This document shows positions 59,809 through 64,000 of a stretch of DNA of 64,000 nt, one piece after another. Position 1 is the first letter of the stretch; every line of letters begins with the position of its first letter. The position numbers and the translations under genes were made by a program. The notes beneath the pieces are model-generated. The model did no database searches, had not been told where the DNA came from, and saw nothing but the letters and a program-made list of their open reading frames with translations. This DNA is from Mobula birostris (taxonomy: Eukaryota): positions 86,199,921 through 86,263,920 of the forward strand of contig NC_092383.1 of the NCBI RefSeq assembly GCF_030028105.1, read 5' to 3'.

Positions 59809-62800
59809 CCCAGCCTCCCCAAGGATTACATCTGCACCAGGTGCACTGAGATGAGGCTTCTGAAGGACCGTGTTAAGGTGCTGGAGATGGAAATAGATGA
59901 CCTTCGGCTAATTAGGGAAAGTGAGGAGGTGATAGATACTACCTATAGAGAGGTAGTGGATAGCACCCCTGTGACAGTCCCCCTCAGAAATCGATCTATC
60001 GTTTTGGATTCTGTTGAAGAGGCAGACCTGACAGAGGAGGACCACAGTGAACGAGACTCTAGCATTCTGCCCAGTGCCAAAATCAAGAGAGCAAGAAGAA
60101 ATGCGGTAGTTATAGGGGACTCCATTGTAAGGGGGACGGACAAGAGATTCTGCGAGCCGGACGAGGATACCCGGATGGTGTGTTGCCTCCCTGGTGCCAA
60201 GGTACGGGATGTCTCAGATCGAGTCCAGAGTATTCTGAGGAGAGAGGGCGAGCAGCTGGAAGTCTTGGTACATATTGGTACCAATGACATAGACAGAAAA
60301 AGAGAGGAGGTCCTGAAGAAAGATTGCTGGGAGCTAGGAAGAAAATTGAAAAGCCGGACCTCCAGAGTAATAATATCAGGATTGCTGCCTGAGCTGCACG
60401 CTAATGATGGTAAGAATAGCAGAATTAAGTGGATGAATGTGTGGCTAAGTAACTGGCGCAGGGGGCAGGGCTTCAAATTCTTGAATCACTGGGATCTATT
60501 TTGGGGAAGGTATGACTTGTACAAAAAAGATGGATTACACCTGAACTCAAAAGGTACTAATATCCTAGCGGGATTGTTTAATATAGCTGTTAGGGAGGGT
60601 TTAAGCTAAGTTGGCAAGGGGAAGGAAACCAAGATGTTAGGATCGAGGAAGAAGAAAATAGAAATAAGTCAAAAATACCGTGCAGCAAAGATGGTAAAAA
60701 GGACAGGCCGATGAATATACAGGATAATTTGCTGCAAAATAGATACATAGCACAAGTGGCAACAGGTACCGATCTAAATGTACTGTATTTAAATGCACTC
60801 AGCATTAGTGGATGACCTTGCTGCACAGCTGCAGGTTAAAAGGTATGACATTGTGGCCATCACCGAGTCATGGCTAAATGATGGATGTGATTGGGAGCTG
60901 AATATCCAAGGATACACAGTGTACAGGAAGGATAGGAAGGTAGGTAAAGGGGGCGGCGTGTCCCTGATGGTAAGTAACGATATCAAATCAATAGAATGAA
61001 GGGATATAGGATCAGAAGAGGTAGAATCCTTATGGGTAGAATTAAGAAATGGCAAGGGTAAAAAGACACTAATAGCAGTTATATACAGGCCTCCAAACAG
61101 CAGTCGGGATGTGGACTACAAGTTGCAGCTGGAAATAGAAAAAGCGTGTCAGAAGGAAAATGTCAAGATAATTATGGGGGATTTTAATATGAAAGTGGAT
61201 TGGGAAAGTCAGGAAGGTAATGGATCTCAGGAGAGGGAGTTTGTAGAATGCCTACAGGATGGCTTTTTAGAGCAACTTGTCCAGAAGCCCACCAGGGGAC
61301 CGGCTGTTTTGGATTGGGTGCTGTGTAATGAACCTGAGGTGATTAGGGAGCTGGAGGTAAAGGAACCTCTTGGAAGTAGTGATCATAATATGATTGAGTT
61401 CAGTTTCAAATTTGAAAAGGAGAAGCTGGTATCAGGTGTATCGATATTTCAGTGGAACAGGGGAAATTACAGTGGTATGAGAGAGGAACTGGCCCAAGTC
61501 AATTGGAAAAGTAAACTAAATGGAGGGATGGCAGAGCAGAATTGGATGAAATTCCTATAAGAAATAAGGAAAATGCAGGAAAAATATATTCCAAGAAAAA
61601 AGAAAATCATGAATGGAAAAATGGCACAAATGTGGCTAACGAGAGAGGTTAAGGCAAAAATAAAAGCAAAAGAAACGGCGTACAAGGAAGCAAAAATTAG
61701 TGGGAAAAATGAGGACTGCAAGACCTTTAAAAACTTACAGAAAGAAACTAGGAAAGTCATTAGGAAAGAAAAGATGAATTATGAAAGGAAGTTGGCGATT
61801 AACATAAAAAAGGATACTAAGAGTTTTTTTTAAATATATGAAGAGTAAAAGAGTGACAAGGGTAGATATGGGACCGATTGAAAACGATGCTGGAGTAATT
61901 ATAATGGATAACAAAGAGATGGCGGAGGAACTGAATGAGTATTTTGTATCAGTCTTCACAGTGGAAGACATGAGCAATATACCTGATAGCCAGAGGTATC
62001 AGGGAATAGAATTAGGTACAGTCAAGATAACTAGAGAGAAAGTGCTTGGGAAGCTAAGTGGACTAAGAATAGATAAGTCTCCCAGCCCGGATGAGGTGCA
62101 CCCAAGGGTTCTGAAGGAGGTGGCTTTGGAGATTGTGGAAGCATTGGAAATGATCTTTCAGGAATCAATAGACTCTGGCATGGTTCCGGAGAACTGGAAG
62201 GTCGCAAATGTAGTTCCGCTATTTAAGAAAGGAAGGAGGCAGCAGAAAGAAAATTACAGACCTATTAGTCTGACATCGGTGGTTGGAAAGATATTGGAGT
62301 CAATCCTCAAGGACGAGGTTATGAAATACCTCGAGATGCATGACAAGATAGGCCGAAGCCAGCATGGTTTCATGAAGGGAAGATCCTGCCTTACCAACTT
62401 ATTGAAATTTTTTGAGGTAATCTCGAATAAGATTGACAAGGGAGAGGCTGTGGATGTTGTGTATTTGGATTTTCAAAAGGCCTTCCATAAGGTGCCGCAT
62501 ATGAGGCTGCTTAATGGATGAGAGCCCATGGAATTATAGGAAAGATATTGAAATGGGTGGAGCATTGGCTGATAGGCAGAAAGCAAAGGGTGGGAATAAA
62601 GGGATCCTATTCTGATTGGTTGCCGGTTACTAGTGGTGTTCCGCAGGGGTCGGTGTTGGGGCTGCTTCTTTTTACGATGTATATCGATGATTTGGATTAT
62701 GGATTAAATGGTTTTGTGGCCAAGTTTGCGGATGACACCAAGATAGGTGGAGGAGCAGGAAATGTTGAAGAAACGGAAAGGTTGCAGAGAGACTTAGTCA

Positions 62801-63656
62801 GTTTAAGAGAGTGGGCAAAGAAATGGCAGATGAGATACAACGTTGATAAATGTACGGTTGTACATTTCGAAAGAAGAAATAATCGGGCAGATTATTATTT
62901 AGATGGGGAGAAAATTCAAATATCGGAAGTGCAAAGGGACTTGGGGGTCCTCGTGCAGGATACCCTAAAGGTTAACCACCAAGTTGGATTGGCGGTAAGG
63001 AAAGACGAATGCTATGTTGGCCTTCATTTCAAGAGGAATAATGTATAAGAGTAAGGAGGTGTTGATGAGGCTCTATGGGGCATTAGTGAGACCTCATTTG
63101 GAATACTATGTGCAGTTTTGGGCCCCCTATCTTAGAGAGGATGTACTGATGTTGGAGAGAGTTCAGAGAAGATTTACGAGGATGATTCCTGGAATGCAGG
63201 GGCTAACATATGAGGAGCGTCTGTCGGCTCTTGGATTGTATTCATTAGAGTATAGAAGGATGAGAGGGGATCTCATAGAAACGTTTCGAATGTTGAAAGG
63301 GTTGGACAGAGTAGATGTGGAAAGGTTGTTTCCCTTGGTGGGTGAGTCCAGGACAAGCGGCCATAGTCTTAGAATTAGAGGGTACCCAGTTAAAACAGAG
63401 ATGAGGGGAAATTTTTTTAGCCAGGGGGTCGTGGATTTGTGGAATTCGTTGCCACATATGGTTGTGGAGGCCCGATCATTGAGGGTGTTTAAGGAGGAGA
63501 TTGACAGGTATCTAATTAGTCAGGGTATCAAAGGATATGGGGAAAAAGCCGGAAATTGGAATTAGATGGGTGAATAGTTTAGCTCATGGGGGAGCTGTGG
63601 AGCAGACTCAATGGGCCAAATGGCCTACTTCTGCTCCTTTGTCTTGTGATCTTGTG
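59809..63656 (+). mobile_element. Near full-length CR1 LINE: ORF1 (SGNH esterase-like) open, ORF2 broken
   Basis: ORF1 VVIGDSIVRG..VHIGTND..DGLHLN (59782..60609); APE/RT pieces with several stops and frameshifts; (TCTTGTGA)n tail; probable TSD AAGT at 59805-59808 and 63657-63660. Confidence 0.92.
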
Positions 63657-64000
63657 AAGTGTTGGAGGTGGGTACAAATACACTATTTAAAATACATTTG
63701 GACAAGTTCATGTACAGGAAAGCTTTAGAAGGATGTGGACCAAATACAGGGAAATGGGTGAAACTCAGTAAGACACTGTGGTCGGCATGGACGATTTGGG
63801 CCGAAACACCTGTACCCATAACCTGTAACTCCATGACTCTGCAGCATCCTCTCTAAACTGGATTACACTTCTGAAAGTTTAAATTCAGAATTCAATTTCG
63901 GAGGGAAGGCCTCAAAATCCCCAGCTTTGCCTGCTGTTGGCAACCGAGATGGAGGACGAATCGTTCGGATAGAGATGGCGCTCAGTACTCGGTGTCAGAG

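Overview
Vertebrate genomic DNA. The repeat families and receptor type point to a cartilaginous fish, probably a ray or skate (inference). The window holds a head-to-tail, minus-strand cluster of five CD300/pIgR-like (CMRF35-like, MDIR-type) Ig-superfamily receptor genes at different stages of decay, plus one gene-less duplicate of their upstream region. Gene 1 has intact leader, IgV and C2-type exons and runs off the left edge. Genes 2 and 3 are pseudogenes. Gene 4 can be built as V - C2 - Cys hinge - TM (with a Lys) - short tail, with one frameshift in the V exon. Gene 5 has open V, C2 and hinge exons and a divergent 3' end. Between the two subclusters (28.6-37.1 kb) lies an old Gypsy LTR retrotransposon. 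Its RT/RNaseH/integrase region appears replaced by an intron-less RBM25 fragment fused in frame to the protease region, and young CR1 LINEs and a solo LTR later inserted into it. The rest is CR1, Rex1/L2-like, Penelope-like, Tc1-like and SINE debris. Exon borders and TSDs were counted by hand; most repeat borders are approximate and all identity estimates are by eye. I found no rRNA, tRNA or CRISPR array.
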